Below are positions 48,038 to 58,275 of a stretch of 64,000 nt of DNA, piece by piece (the stretch's first letter is position 1; every line of letters starts with the position of its first letter). The position numbers and the translations under genes were made by a program. The notes under the pieces were generated by a model. It had not been told where the DNA came from. It saw only the letters and a list, made by a program, of their open reading frames with translations, and made no database searches. The DNA comes from an uncultured Verrucomicrobiae bacterium (GTDB taxonomy: Bacteria; Verrucomicrobiota; Verrucomicrobiia; Chthoniobacterales; UBA10450): positions 128,001 to 192,000 of the forward strand of contig CAVWPA010000001.1 in the NCBI GenBank assembly GCA_963756875.1, read 5' to 3'.

Positions 48038-51000
48038 CTAGTTTCCTCCACCGGCTGCGACTAGATTACCACCACCGGCGGAGATGATGTTGCCGCTCGC
48101 TGTCACGATGCTTGCGGTGGAATCAGGAGTGGAAGCAAGGATGTTGCCGCCGCCGGCCGAGACGACTCCGCCTGAATTCGAGCTAATGATATTTCCGCCA
48201 CCCGCGGCGATGAGGTTCCCACCGCCTGCGGCCACCAGATTTCCTCCACCGGCCGAAACCACATTGCCGCCGCCGGCCGAGACGACACCGGCTGAATTCG
48301 AGCCGATGATATTGCCGCCGCCGGCCGAAACGACACCGGCTGAATTCGAGCCGATGATATTGCCGCCGCCCGCGGCGATGAGATTTCCTCCACCCGCGGA
48401 GACGACGCCGTTACCGACGAGCTGACCTGCGCCCGGTCCGACAAGGCCACCTGGAAGGGCGTTGCCGCCGCCGGCTGCGACAAGGTTACCGCCTCCTGCG
48501 GCGATGATGTTCCCGCCCCCTGCGGAGACAATGCTGGCGGCATTATCGAGCAACGCGGCGGCTGTCGTGACGCCGGTTGAAATCGCGTTGCCACCGCCTG
48601 CGGCGACGAGATTGCCACCGCCAGCAGCGATGATGTTCCCGCCACCGGCGGCCACCAGGTTGCCTCCGCCTGCGGCCACCAGGTTGTTTCCGCCAATGTC
48701 GATGATTGTCACATCGCCACCGTTGAAGATGAAGTGGTTCAACGGAGGGCCGCCGTTGTTTGTAATATGAGTGGTCGGACCATCTGAAAACAGCGGGTTC
48801 CCGCCACTGACGATCGAGATGGATGCTGGATCAGTATCGATAACTCCCAGAAAGCTGGCGTTGATGTGAGCATGGCCAGGCCCGTCGCCGCCGAATGTGA
48901 TTGTGCTGAATAGCGCGCCGCTGGCCTGGAAGGTAAACGTGACCGCGCCAGCAGTGTGAGGATCGAGGAAATCTAGATTGACGTCCACAGTAGTTCCCTC
49001 CTGAATGAAATTTGGATTCTGGTGACCAGCACCGGGTATCGTCGCGGCCACGCTAACGTAGTTGGCGCCGGTCGGTAACAGGAATACCAAACCCGGGTTT
49101 CTTACCTCGTTGTCACCGTAATTGTAGATCACGAATGTGACTGTAAAGGTGCTTCCGGCGACAACGGTGTCCCTTCCATTCCCATTGGTTGCAATAATTC
49201 TCTGAACTCCGAGCTTGGGCACATGCTGCGCGTCGGCGACGGGCTCGGCCTTAAGCGTCGCCGTTGCCTGGTGCGGCTTCATGAAGTCGAGGAAGCCGAA
49301 GGGGTTGAAGATGTCTCTTTTAGGCGAATCTCCGACTATTTGCGCAAGGTTCGTTAAGGGCGCGCTCGATATCGTCTGCGCCGCGCCCGCCAGGGCAAGG
49401 CTCGCCGCTTGAACAGTATTATCGTAAATGGTCAGGGCGGGCGCGATGTTGTCGCCGACAAGCGAGCCGGTTTGCTGGATTGCATCTTGTGTGACGATCA
49501 CTTCCACCATCACGTCGCCTTCGCCTGGCGGCAGCTGATTGAACGTGAATCGAACAATCCCCGGGTGCGATGGATCGGTGGGCGGCTCAACTCCGAAACC
49601 AGCTGGCGTGAGACTCAGCGGAAGTATTGAGCCGGGTATCGCTCGGTTGGTCAAACCTGCAAACCCCGCGCGGTAGAAAACGGTGTGTGCCGGAAGAGTC
49701 ACATCCAAATTGACGCCAGTTGCTGTAGTCGTGCCGATGTTTTTGTAGTGAATGTAGTAGCGTTCCTCCCCGGGAAGGTAGGAGGTTGGATCGCTGGGAT
49801 TGGGGGGAACCGCGCTTATGTAGGCTGCGAAGCTGCTGTTATAAAGCGCGTCCAGCGCGGCCTTCGTCGCGTTGACATCGGTGCTGACCGTGGCCGGGCG
49901 CACAAGCATGCCCTCGAGCAACGGCCGCGCAAACTGCACGTCACCGATTACCTCGATCGCGGCGTTGCCGTGCCCGCCGCCGCCGGCCATACCAAAATAT
50001 CCCACCGGCGTGTGCGGCGTGCTCGTTGAGCCAATGGAGGACGCTGACTCCGGCTGGTTATTGGGATCGTCTGCATTGATGAATGTGCCAGAAACTGGAG
50101 CATTTGCGCCACTGTCAACCTGGACGGTATACACGATGGCAATCGATGCCTTCGAGGCCAGAGTAAATCCCTCGAATCGCAGGTGGTGGCCGTCCGGGTC
50201 GAGAACCGGTTGAAGCGGAATCGGCACTGGCGCGGGTGCTGGAGGCGGACTTTTCTTTTTCTTATGTTTGCCTCCATGTCCGGTACTTGGCGCCGGCGTT
50301 GGAAGCGGGTAGAGCAGTTGCGCTGAAACGAACGTCGCGTGGTCGGGCATGCGGTCCTGAATATAAACAGCGTCGGCTTCGGACTTGCCGTTGTTTGTGG
50401 CCGTGAGGATGAAGCTAATCTGATCGCCCGGCTTAACGATATTCACGCTCTGGCCGGAACCGTCCGCGACCGTTTGTGTTGGTAGATTGCTGATGACCTT
50501 AGCCAGGGCAAGAACCGGCTGGTTATCGAGACTTCCCTGCAATGTGATGTCGATTACTCCGGAATCGTTTGTGCTCAGCGCGATGTCATTGCTGGCGTTG
50601 CGGATGAACATCATGAAATCCATCGACGATATCGGTATGCCCGCGGCGAACGCGCTACTGAATTGGGCGTAGGCAGTGTTAGTGAGAAATGCCGCGCCAT
50701 AATCGATCGTGCTGATTTTGGGCACGTCCGCCGGGTCCGCCCATTGCGCCTGGAAGGTGACCGAAAAAGTCATCGAACCATGAGCAACCAGCGCCGGGTT
50801 TTGGATGGTTTTCTTTTTCTTTTTAACAACGGTCCCCTCAATATCGATTACAATTTCAGGCGGGAGATTGCCGGTAGAGTAAATCTGTTTCCCCTGAATA
50901 GCGGCGGTGCCACCGTTGTTATAGGAAAGTCCCGAGAAACTTCCGCCATTGATCGAATAACTTGGAGCCCAGCGGGCGAATTCCGGTACTGTGACGACAG

Positions 51001-53476
51001 CGACAGCGTGCTGAATGTCCGTTGGGCCAAGGTTGGCCAGCGTGAACGTGTAGGTAAACAGTCCGCCCGGCGCCACGCTCGCTGGCGCGGAGGTGACTGT
51101 GAACGAAATCGGTCCTTCGATGTTCGTTCCGTTGGAGGGCGAACCCGACACGGTTCCGAACGGCTGCGGCGGGTTACTGGCACTGGAAATCGAATAGGCG
51201 TTTAGGCGCAGGCTCTGATTGATGCGGACGTTGCTGGACAAATGTACCTTAAAAGAAACGGTGTTGAAGAGGCATTGACCCGAAGGCGGTGTTGCAAGGT
51301 CGCCCACGGTCCAGACAATCTTTGTGCCGTCTGGGCTGAGAGTGCCGAATGGGCTGATGAAAGTGGGAACGTACAGGTGGTGAGAGTTGTTAGCATCCAG
51401 ATAATCGGGGATCAGCGCAGTGATCTGAAGGTTCCTGGCCGGCGCCGAGCCGCAATTGGCGAATGTGATTGTAAACGTCACGTCGTCGCCGATGTGGGTA
51501 ACGTTGCCGTTGATGGGATCGCTGGTCGATGTCAGCTTGGCCGAGATGGCGAGCGAAGCTTGTTGCAAAGACAACGGTCCGAGCGGCGTGGAGACGATGT
51601 CGCTCTCGTTGGTTTTCGATGCGATGGCGCGGAAATAAATCGCGCTACCTGCCGGATACGCGGCGGTATCCAGAACGTAGCCGCCGGAGTTCGCCGGCGT
51701 CTCGGTCATGTGGCCGCTGTTGCCGTCTACTAAATCCGTCCAGCTCGCTTCCGTGTCCGGCGTTGTGGTCGATTGCACCCGAACCGTCCGCCCACTCTCT
51801 GTTGTCGCTGTGAAATGAATGCTTCCTCCGGGCGTTGCGGGCCCTGTTTCGGAGAACGTGATACCCGGCGTCGGGGTGGGTGTCGGCGTCGGCGTCGGCG
51901 TCGCGGTGGGCGTGGGTGTCGGCGTCGGCGTGGGAGTTGTGGCCTGCACCAGAACGGTTGGGATATTCCAGCTTGGGCTCTTTACGGCTAGATCCTCCAC
52001 GATGAATTGCGGATCGCCGGTGACTGTCAATTGGCCCGGCGAGACGCGGACAAAATCGGTGATCGGCGTCGGCGCTCGCGTCGTATCTGTAACGGTGAAA
52101 ACATCGATCGGCAGCTCAGCCATCACGTCGTTAAAGGTCGCAACCTGTCGAGCCGCATCCGTTTTCACAATCCACCAATCGGCCTTGCCGTGATTGTCTG
52201 AAGGCTCGCCCATGTAGCTGTAGGTATTGGTGGTGAAAGCATAGCCGCCGTCATTCATTGCAACGGCTGCGCCGGTGCTGCTCGCAAGCACTGCGCCGTT
52301 CTGCGCACTGGGGCCTTCGTCTCGTTCGCCGCCCAGAACGCTAACGAATTGCAACGCGCCGGTCGAATCCAGTTTCATCAGTGCCGCCTTGAACGGGCGA
52401 TAACTCACCGGCGAGCTGCCGAAAATCAAGAAGCCGCCATCACCAGTGAGCGCGATGCTCGACGGGTTGAACAATCCTTCGCCGCCGCCCCCAGCGGTGG
52501 TCCCGCGCCGAATCACTTTCTCAAACTGCTCGCTGAGGTCGGCGTTGAGCTTGCGCACAATCAACCCGCCACGAAGATACCCTACGCTGTCCCCGAGTTG
52601 GCTCAGTGTCGCGTAGCCGCCGTCGGGTGTAGCGATAACTTGGATCGGTAATTCGTATGTCCCGTCAGTCCACGGATAAGTTATCTGCGAAACGATGTCG
52701 CCATTGGAATCGAGCAGCACCGCAGCCATGCCGTTTTTGCCGTAGGCAAGTTGTTTGATGGCCAGGTACTGTGAGCCATCATGGGATTGGCAAATCGCTT
52801 GCGTGGAATTGTATTGGTCCGGATATTCCAGCTCTGAAAAAAGCCCGAGCGAGCCGTCGCCATTAAACTTCGCCACAATCGGCACGCTGTGATAGCCGGT
52901 TGGATTGATCGATGAGCCGACAACTACGCCGCCATCGGCGGTCAGTCCCATCGTGTGAAACGATGTCAGGCCCGCAATTCCGTTTTGCCAGATCAGCGTG
53001 CCAGCCGAATTAAACTTCGCGACTATGGGCAGGATGAATTGTTCGGTCGCGATGAAAATGTTGCCTTGCGAGTCTGTGGCCACCTGATAGACGCGGCTTG
53101 GCGGGTTGGCGCCGTGATTGGTGTCAGGTCGCAATAATTTTTCCCAAATGATGTCGCCATTCGGCCCGTAACGGACCAGAGCTGCACCGGTTCCCCCAAG
53201 ATTTTCCAGCTCCGGTAAACCGAGCTGACCCGCAACAACCACACCGCCGTCGGGCATTCTGGCGATGCCGATCGCTGTGTCGTAGCCACCAGGCCGGTCG
53301 TAACCCGCAGGTGTGCCGTCATTATTGACGCTCAATGTACCGAAGCTCTGAGCCCAGGTATCGCCAGAACCGGCAGGGGCGTTCTTCTGGACGTAGGCGC
53401 TCACGCCGCCCACGAACATCGACAGTAGAATTGCTAGCGGGACAATTGATCTTGTTTTCATAATCATGCCTTTCAC
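48038..53476 (-). CDS. large secreted protein: propeller-like repeats, PT linker, DUF11-like Ig domains, C-terminal xx[AS]AGGGN repeats
   Basis: 1812-aa ORF with signal peptide, (TP)n, GD.VTFTIT..N.G and PG...TYTFTL.N.G motifs, 17 AGGGN octamers. Confidence 0.85.
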   Translation of the reverse strand: MKGMIMKTRSIVPLAILLSMFVGGVSAYVQKNAPAGSGDTWAQSFGTLSVNNDGTPAGYDRPGGYDTAIGIARMPDGGVVVAGQLGLPELENLGGTGAALVRYGPNGDIIWEKLLRPDTNHGANPPSRVYQVATDSQGNIFIATEQFILPIVAKFNSAGTLIWQNGIAGLTSFHTMGLTADGGVVVGSSINPTGYHSVPIVAKFNGDGSLGLFSELEYPDQYNSTQAICQSHDGSQYLAIKQLAYGKNGMAAVLLDSNGDIVSQITYPWTDGTYELPIQVIATPDGGYATLSQLGDSVGYLRGGLIVRKLNADLSEQFEKVIRRGTTAGGGGEGLFNPSSIALTGDGGFLIFGSSPVSYRPFKAALMKLDSTGALQFVSVLGGERDEGPSAQNGAVLASSTGAAVAMNDGGYAFTTNTYSYMGEPSDNHGKADWWIVKTDAARQVATFNDVMAELPIDVFTVTDTTRAPTPITDFVRVSPGQLTVTGDPQFIVEDLAVKSPSWNIPTVLVQATTPTPTPTPTPTATPTPTPTPTPTPGITFSETGPATPGGSIHFTATTESGRTVRVQSTTTPDTEASWTDLVDGNSGHMTETPANSGGYVLDTAAYPAGSAIYFRAIASKTNESDIVSTPLGPLSLQQASLAISAKLTSTSDPINGNVTHIGDDVTFTITFANCGSAPARNLQITALIPDYLDANNSHHLYVPTFISPFGTLSPDGTKIVWTVGDLATPPSGQCLFNTVSFKVHLSSNVRINQSLRLNAYSISSASNPPQPFGTVSGSPSNGTNIEGPISFTVTSAPASVAPGGLFTYTFTLANLGPTDIQHAVAVVTVPEFARWAPSYSINGGSFSGLSYNNGGTAAIQGKQIYSTGNLPPEIVIDIEGTVVKKKKKTIQNPALVAHGSMTFSVTFQAQWADPADVPKISTIDYGAAFLTNTAYAQFSSAFAAGIPISSMDFMMFIRNASNDIALSTNDSGVIDITLQGSLDNQPVLALAKVISNLPTQTVADGSGQSVNIVKPGDQISFILTATNNGKSEADAVYIQDRMPDHATFVSAQLLYPLPTPAPSTGHGGKHKKKKSPPPAPAPVPIPLQPVLDPDGHHLRFEGFTLASKASIAIVYTVQVDSGANAPVSGTFINADDPNNQPESASSIGSTSTPHTPVGYFGMAGGGGHGNAAIEVIGDVQFARPLLEGMLVRPATVSTDVNATKAALDALYNSSFAAYISAVPPNPSDPTSYLPGEERYYIHYKNIGTTTATGVNLDVTLPAHTVFYRAGFAGLTNRAIPGSILPLSLTPAGFGVEPPTDPSHPGIVRFTFNQLPPGEGDVMVEVIVTQDAIQQTGSLVGDNIAPALTIYDNTVQAASLALAGAAQTISSAPLTNLAQIVGDSPKRDIFNPFGFLDFMKPHQATATLKAEPVADAQHVPKLGVQRIIATNGNGRDTVVAGSTFTVTFVIYNYGDNEVRNPGLVFLLPTGANYVSVAATIPGAGHQNPNFIQEGTTVDVNLDFLDPHTAGAVTFTFQASGALFSTITFGGDGPGHAHINASFLGVIDTDPASISIVSGGNPLFSDGPTTHITNNGGPPLNHFIFNGGDVTIIDIGGNNLVAAGGGNLVAAGGGNIIAAGGGNLVAAGGGNAISTGVTTAAALLDNAASIVSAGGGNIIAAGGGNLVAAGGGNALPGGLVGPGAGQLVGNGVVSAGGGNLIAAGGGNIIGSNSAGVVSAGGGNIIGSNSAGVVSAGGGNVVSAGGGNLVAAGGGNLIAAGGGNIISSNSGGVVSAGGGNILASTPDSTASIVTASGNIISAGGGNLVAAGGGN
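48041..48706 (-). repeat. coding octapeptide repeat [LIV][VI][AS]AGGGN
   Basis: 17 copies plus II[GS]SNS[AG]G variants in the same register. Confidence 0.92.
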
Positions 53477-53570
53477 CTGCTAACGCGGCGAATTCGGCTG
53501 CAACGGACCAGAAAAGTTGGAAATAAATGCAAGCTCGACGGTTCTACGGAAAATTGGTAAGATCCTGGCA

Positions 53571-54176
53571 ATGCAAAGGACGGTAATCTCCTCCGGTAGT
53601 TCACCGGCGTTTCAGCCGGCACTAATCGACGATCTGACGTCGACCGTTTCAACGGCGGACGCCGCCACGATTCGTGGGATGTTACCGGCCGTTTACGATG
53701 AACTGCGCCGCGTCGCGGCTGGATTTATGCGCGATGAACAGCCTAACCACACACTTCAGCCGACTGCCCTGGTGCATGAGGCGTATCTTCGCATGGCCGA
53801 TCAGCGGCAATCAACCTGGCAGAATCGCGCGCAATTACTCGGCATCTTCGCACGGATGATGCGCCGTATTTTGATCGATCATGCCAACGCCCGTTTCGCC
53901 GCGAAGCGCGGTGGCAGGGAGGCGGTGCGGATCGCTCTCGACGACGATCTTGAAATCTACAGTCGCCAGGAAATTGATCTGCTCGAGGTGGATGAGGCGT
54001 TGCGCAATCTCGAGCATCTCGATCCGCCCCAGGCCAAGGTCGTGGAGATGCGATTTTTTGGCGGATTAACCATCGATGAGATTGCCAAGGCGCTCGATAT
54101 TTCGCCGACAACCGTGAAACGCGAATGGGCGGTCGCAAAACGCTGGCTTCAGCGCGAACTGTCGCGCCCCGTGTAG
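53571..54176 (+). CDS. ECF sigma factor of the Ser/Thr kinase-associated type (TIGR02999-like)
   Basis: VYDELRRVA, HTLQPTALVHEAYLR, AAKRGG, VEMRFFGGLT, TVKREW..AK.WL; start uncertain. Confidence 0.9.
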   Translation: MQRTVISSGSSPAFQPALIDDLTSTVSTADAATIRGMLPAVYDELRRVAAGFMRDEQPNHTLQPTALVHEAYLRMADQRQSTWQNRAQLLGIFARMMRRILIDHANARFAAKRGGREAVRIALDDDLEIYSRQEIDLLEVDEALRNLEHLDPPQAKVVEMRFFGGLTIDEIAKALDISPTTVKREWAVAKRWLQRELSRPV

Positions 54177-54179
54177 AGA

Positions 54180-56936
54180 TTGAAGCCGCCGAACAGAGCA
54201 GAGCTGACTGCGGAACGGTGGCAACGCGTTAAAGTCATCGTTGCCGAAGCACTTGAAGAAAAATCGTTGCCGGCGCGCATCGTGTTGGTCAAAGAACGCT
54301 GCGGGGACGATGTTGATCTCTTAAGGGAAGTAGAATCTCTTCTCGAACAAACAACGGAGTCGCTGGAAGACTTTGCCGAAAGCGCCACCGAGTCGTTTCG
54401 ACGGGAAATGTCGATCCTGTCTCCGGGAAACCGGGTAGGAGCCTACGCGGTTGTGGGCGAGTTGGGCCGCGGAGGAATGGGTGCGGTTTTTCTGGCGGAG
54501 AGAGCGGACGGAGCGTTCAAAAAGCAAGTCGCGATTAAAATTTTAAAGCGCGGCACCGATACCGATGAAGTCCTTCGGCGATTTCGCGCCGAGCGCGAAA
54601 TTCTGGCGAGACTGGATCATCCGAACATTGCTCGATTGATTGATGCCGGAACGACCGACGACGGCCTGCCCTACCTGGTCATGGACTATGTCGATGGCAA
54701 GCCGATTACCAAATACGCGGACGAACATGAGTTGTCTGTCACCGAACGGCTTAAGCTGTTTCGAGTCGTTTGTTCGGCTGTAAGTTATGCGCACCAGAAT
54801 CTGGTCATTCATCGCGACATCAAGCCGAGCAACGTGTTTGTGACCAAAATGGGCGAAATCAAGCTGCTCGACTTCGGCATTGCCAAACTCTTGCAGGAGG
54901 CCGGCGTAGAACAGGCAGATGTCACTCTGACCGTGCACCGGGTGATGACCCCGGAGTACGCCAGCCCCGAGCAAGTAAAGGGCGAGCCGGTCACAACGGT
55001 CAGCGATGTCTATTCGTTAGGCGTCTTTCTTTATGAGTTACTTACCGGCCAACGGCCGTACAAGCTCAAACAAAGAACGCCGGACGAGATCACGAAAGCC
55101 ATCTGCGATCAGGAGCCCGAACGGCCCAGCACGGCCATCGCCAAAGGCGTCGGAAATGCCAAGGTCCAAATCCCGAATTCCAAATTATTGCGCGGCGACC
55201 TGGATAACATTGTCTTGAAAGCGCTTCGAAAGGAGCCCCAGCGGCGTTACGCTTCGGTCGATTTACTCTCCGAAGATATCCGGCGCCATCTGGAAGGCCT
55301 GCCGGTGCGCGCGCGCAAAGACACTCCCGCGTACCGCGCGTCAAAATTCGTTCGACGCCATAAGCTGAGTGTTGCCGCCACGGTCCTTGTCGCATTGGCA
55401 TTGGTCGCAGGAACCATTACCACGGCATGGCAAGCGCATAAGGCGAACATTGAAAGGGCAAGAGCCGAAAAGCGTTTTAGCCAGGTCCGTAAGCTAGCCC
55501 ACTCGATGTTATTCGATTATCACGATCAAATCGCGGCCCTTCCCGGATCGACAAAGGTGCGCGAACAACTTGTTAGGAATTCGCTGGAGTATCTCGACAG
55601 TCTGTCAAAGGAGGCGGGTACAGATCTGGGTCTGTTGCGAGAGTTGGCCGCAGCTTATGAGAAGGTGGCAATGGTGCAGGGTGGCGTAAGTGTATCGCGT
55701 CGCGGGACTGCCCTCACAGCATCGAACCTGGGAGATACCCAGGGGGCAATCGAGAGTCTGCGCAAGGCCCTGACTATACGCGAGAAGGTATCATCCTTGG
55801 ACAAAAACAACAAGGATACTCAGCAAGAGTTGGCCTTTTGCTATGAGAGAATAGGGGTGCTTTACGTCTACAGGGGCCCGCCAGGCAAGGCTATTGAGAA
55901 CCTGCGTAAAGCAACGCCGATTCTAGAGGGCCTGCTGGCGAGCGATCCTGCGAACGAAGATCTTCAATATGCTCTGGTTGATAATTATCAGGGCATATCC
56001 AAATCGTTAGGCAACCCGAGTGTGCCGAATCTGGGAGATACCAAGGGCGCATTGGAATACATACGTAAAGCTCAGCCAATCGCAGAAAAACTGGTCCTCG
56101 ATCATCCTGCAAATCCTGCTTATCAACTCTATCTCGCCGGTATTCATAACGCATTTTCGTGGGTGCTGAGCGTAAGCGGCGAGCTGCCCGATGCGCTGGA
56201 CCATGCGCGGAAAGCCGTAACAATTAGCCGAGAACTGGTTAAGAGAGAGCCGGGCAATACGTTGTACCGGACCCAGCTCGCTAACGAGCTCGCGCTCTCC
56301 GGCCGAACGATGCTAAAGACGGGCGATAACGTTGGGGCGCTGGAAAGCTTCAAAGAGGGGACCTCGATTTACGAGACTGTCTCGACAGCCGATCGCGGCG
56401 ACAACTATGCCTTGAAGGGTGTCGCCATCGGCTATCGCAACATGGGCGTCGCGCTAAACGCGATAGGCGAGCACGAGCGTGCGTTAAGTCAGTTCCGTAA
56501 GGCGCGGAAAATATTCGCGCAAACCGTAGCGAAAGATCCCACAAATGCAGACTCTCGGGGCAAATTGGCGAGTGTTTATCTCGATATGAGCCGAGCCCAG
56601 CTGCCCGAGGGCGATTTAAACGGCGCAGTCGAAAGCACTCTCCAGGGGATCAAAATTGATGAAGGGTTGGTGGCTGCCGCTCCGAGGAACGCGATCGCGC
56701 GCAACGCTCTGGCCTCGCTTTATTCGCAATTGGGCGCGGCCCATGCCGCGCTGGGCCAAAAAGCGAGTCCGAGCGAAAGCGGCAAGCATTGGCGAGCGGC
56801 AAGAGATGCCTACCGCAAGAGCCTTAATGCCTATCTCGACATGAAAGCAAAAGGTACGCTGAGCGTGGCGGATGGCGCAAAACCAACCGAAATGCTTCAG
56901 AAGATTGCGGATTGTGAAACAGCTTTGAATCGATAG
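54180..56936 (+). CDS. membrane Ser/Thr protein kinase with a C-terminal TPR-like region
   Basis: GRGGMG, VAIK, HRDIKPSN, DFG, TPEYASPEQ, TM helix, helical repeats. Confidence 0.95.
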   Translation: MKPPNRAELTAERWQRVKVIVAEALEEKSLPARIVLVKERCGDDVDLLREVESLLEQTTESLEDFAESATESFRREMSILSPGNRVGAYAVVGELGRGGMGAVFLAERADGAFKKQVAIKILKRGTDTDEVLRRFRAEREILARLDHPNIARLIDAGTTDDGLPYLVMDYVDGKPITKYADEHELSVTERLKLFRVVCSAVSYAHQNLVIHRDIKPSNVFVTKMGEIKLLDFGIAKLLQEAGVEQADVTLTVHRVMTPEYASPEQVKGEPVTTVSDVYSLGVFLYELLTGQRPYKLKQRTPDEITKAICDQEPERPSTAIAKGVGNAKVQIPNSKLLRGDLDNIVLKALRKEPQRRYASVDLLSEDIRRHLEGLPVRARKDTPAYRASKFVRRHKLSVAATVLVALALVAGTITTAWQAHKANIERARAEKRFSQVRKLAHSMLFDYHDQIAALPGSTKVREQLVRNSLEYLDSLSKEAGTDLGLLRELAAAYEKVAMVQGGVSVSRRGTALTASNLGDTQGAIESLRKALTIREKVSSLDKNNKDTQQELAFCYERIGVLYVYRGPPGKAIENLRKATPILEGLLASDPANEDLQYALVDNYQGISKSLGNPSVPNLGDTKGALEYIRKAQPIAEKLVLDHPANPAYQLYLAGIHNAFSWVLSVSGELPDALDHARKAVTISRELVKREPGNTLYRTQLANELALSGRTMLKTGDNVGALESFKEGTSIYETVSTADRGDNYALKGVAIGYRNMGVALNAIGEHERALSQFRKARKIFAQTVAKDPTNADSRGKLASVYLDMSRAQLPEGDLNGAVESTLQGIKIDEGLVAAAPRNAIARNALASLYSQLGAAHAALGQKASPSESGKHWRAARDAYRKSLNAYLDMKAKGTLSVADGAKPTEMLQKIADCETALNR

Positions 56937-56996
56937 TGAGTCGCTGTCGGCGCGGCCCCTCGCGCATCTTGCCGGCAGGCGGAAATAGCCGTTTCG

Positions 56997-58163
56997 TTAC
57001 GAAATCGCGCCGAATGCGAGTCCGAGACTGTAAGTCACTCCGGCTTCGATCACGCCGACCAGCGTCATTTCGAACCCCGACGCCCACCAGGAGCGAATGG
57101 TGATGAGCGATTTGGCGGCGCCCACTATGAAATGGGCGACGATGCTGATCACGAATGCTGCTGCCACCGCCGCGAAGCCGCTCATGAAAAAGAACGGGAT
57201 GATCGGAATGAACGCGCCAATCGCGGTGGAGATTGCGGCCGAGGCGGACGATTTCCATGGATTGGGAAAACGATGCTCGGATAGGCCAAGTTCGCTCTGC
57301 GCCATTGCCTGCACCAGTTGTTCCGGTTGTTCCGCGAGGCGCTCCGCCATTTTTTGCGATTCTTCGGGGGTAAATCCCTGCAACTGGTAGAAGAGCGACA
57401 TCTCTTCGATTTCTTCCTCGGGATTTTCTTCCACTTCCGCTTTTTCGCGCGCGATCTCCGCTTCGTAAACTTCGCCTTCGCTTTTCACGGCCAGGTACGC
57501 GCCGGCGCCCATCGATAGGGACGAAGCAATCATTCCCGCCAGGCCGGAGATCAGAATGTAGTGTTGCGCGTTGTCCGTCGCACCGGCCACCCCGGAAACA
57601 ATTCCAAACACCGCGCCCAGGCCGTCGTTCACTCCATAAATCGCATCCGCGACCCAGCTACCGCCGCGCCCGTGCCACCGCTCACGTTTTAGGATGGTAT
57701 CCAGCACCGTGCGGGGGCTGGGCGGCGGCGCCATTGTTTGCAACGCGCGCGCGTGCGCTTTTTCTTCCAGCGCGCTTTCCCGCAGGAAATCCTTCACGTC
57801 GTGTTCGCCGGCCAGCGCGCGATCGCGCTGGTCGCGGAATTCCGCCTCGTGTTTTTCCTCGGCCGCTTCCATCCGGCGAATCGCAATGTCGGTGCCGAGC
57901 CCGCGATTCAGCCATCGCTTAAACCGGCGCCCAAGCGTGTCGGGCAAAGTGGGAGCGGGTTCCCCAAGGTCGGTGAGTTTCTTTTCCCAGCGTTGCGCGT
58001 GGCGCTCTTCGGCCTCCGCCATACGCGTCAAGATTCCCTTCCGCTTTTCGTCTTTTTCCCGCGCCGCCAGTTCCCGATATGCCTCCGCTGTCTCGACTTC
58101 AGCGCGCCAATTACGTCTGACTACCTCGACGGTTTCTTTCCGGTCTGGCGGATCGTTGGGCAT
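56997..58163 (-). CDS. rubrerythrin/ferritin-like domain fused to a VIT1/CCC1 transporter
   Basis: EERHA and EKAHA ExxH motifs; DAIYGVNDGL, SLSMGAGAYL, IPIIPF. Confidence 0.88.
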   Translation of the reverse strand: MPNDPPDRKETVEVVRRNWRAEVETAEAYRELAAREKDEKRKGILTRMAEAEERHAQRWEKKLTDLGEPAPTLPDTLGRRFKRWLNRGLGTDIAIRRMEAAEEKHEAEFRDQRDRALAGEHDVKDFLRESALEEKAHARALQTMAPPPSPRTVLDTILKRERWHGRGGSWVADAIYGVNDGLGAVFGIVSGVAGATDNAQHYILISGLAGMIASSLSMGAGAYLAVKSEGEVYEAEIAREKAEVEENPEEEIEEMSLFYQLQGFTPEESQKMAERLAEQPEQLVQAMAQSELGLSEHRFPNPWKSSASAAISTAIGAFIPIIPFFFMSGFAAVAAAFVISIVAHFIVGAAKSLITIRSWWASGFEMTLVGVIEAGVTYSLGLAFGAIS

Positions 58164-58275
58164 GGCAGATTAAAGCCGTGGCATTGGCGTCCTGCCAACA
58201 ATTATTCGGAACGTCTGCCAGCCTCCTGCTCGTAGAGCCATACGGCTCGGAGAGAAACCGATGCCACATCGGACT

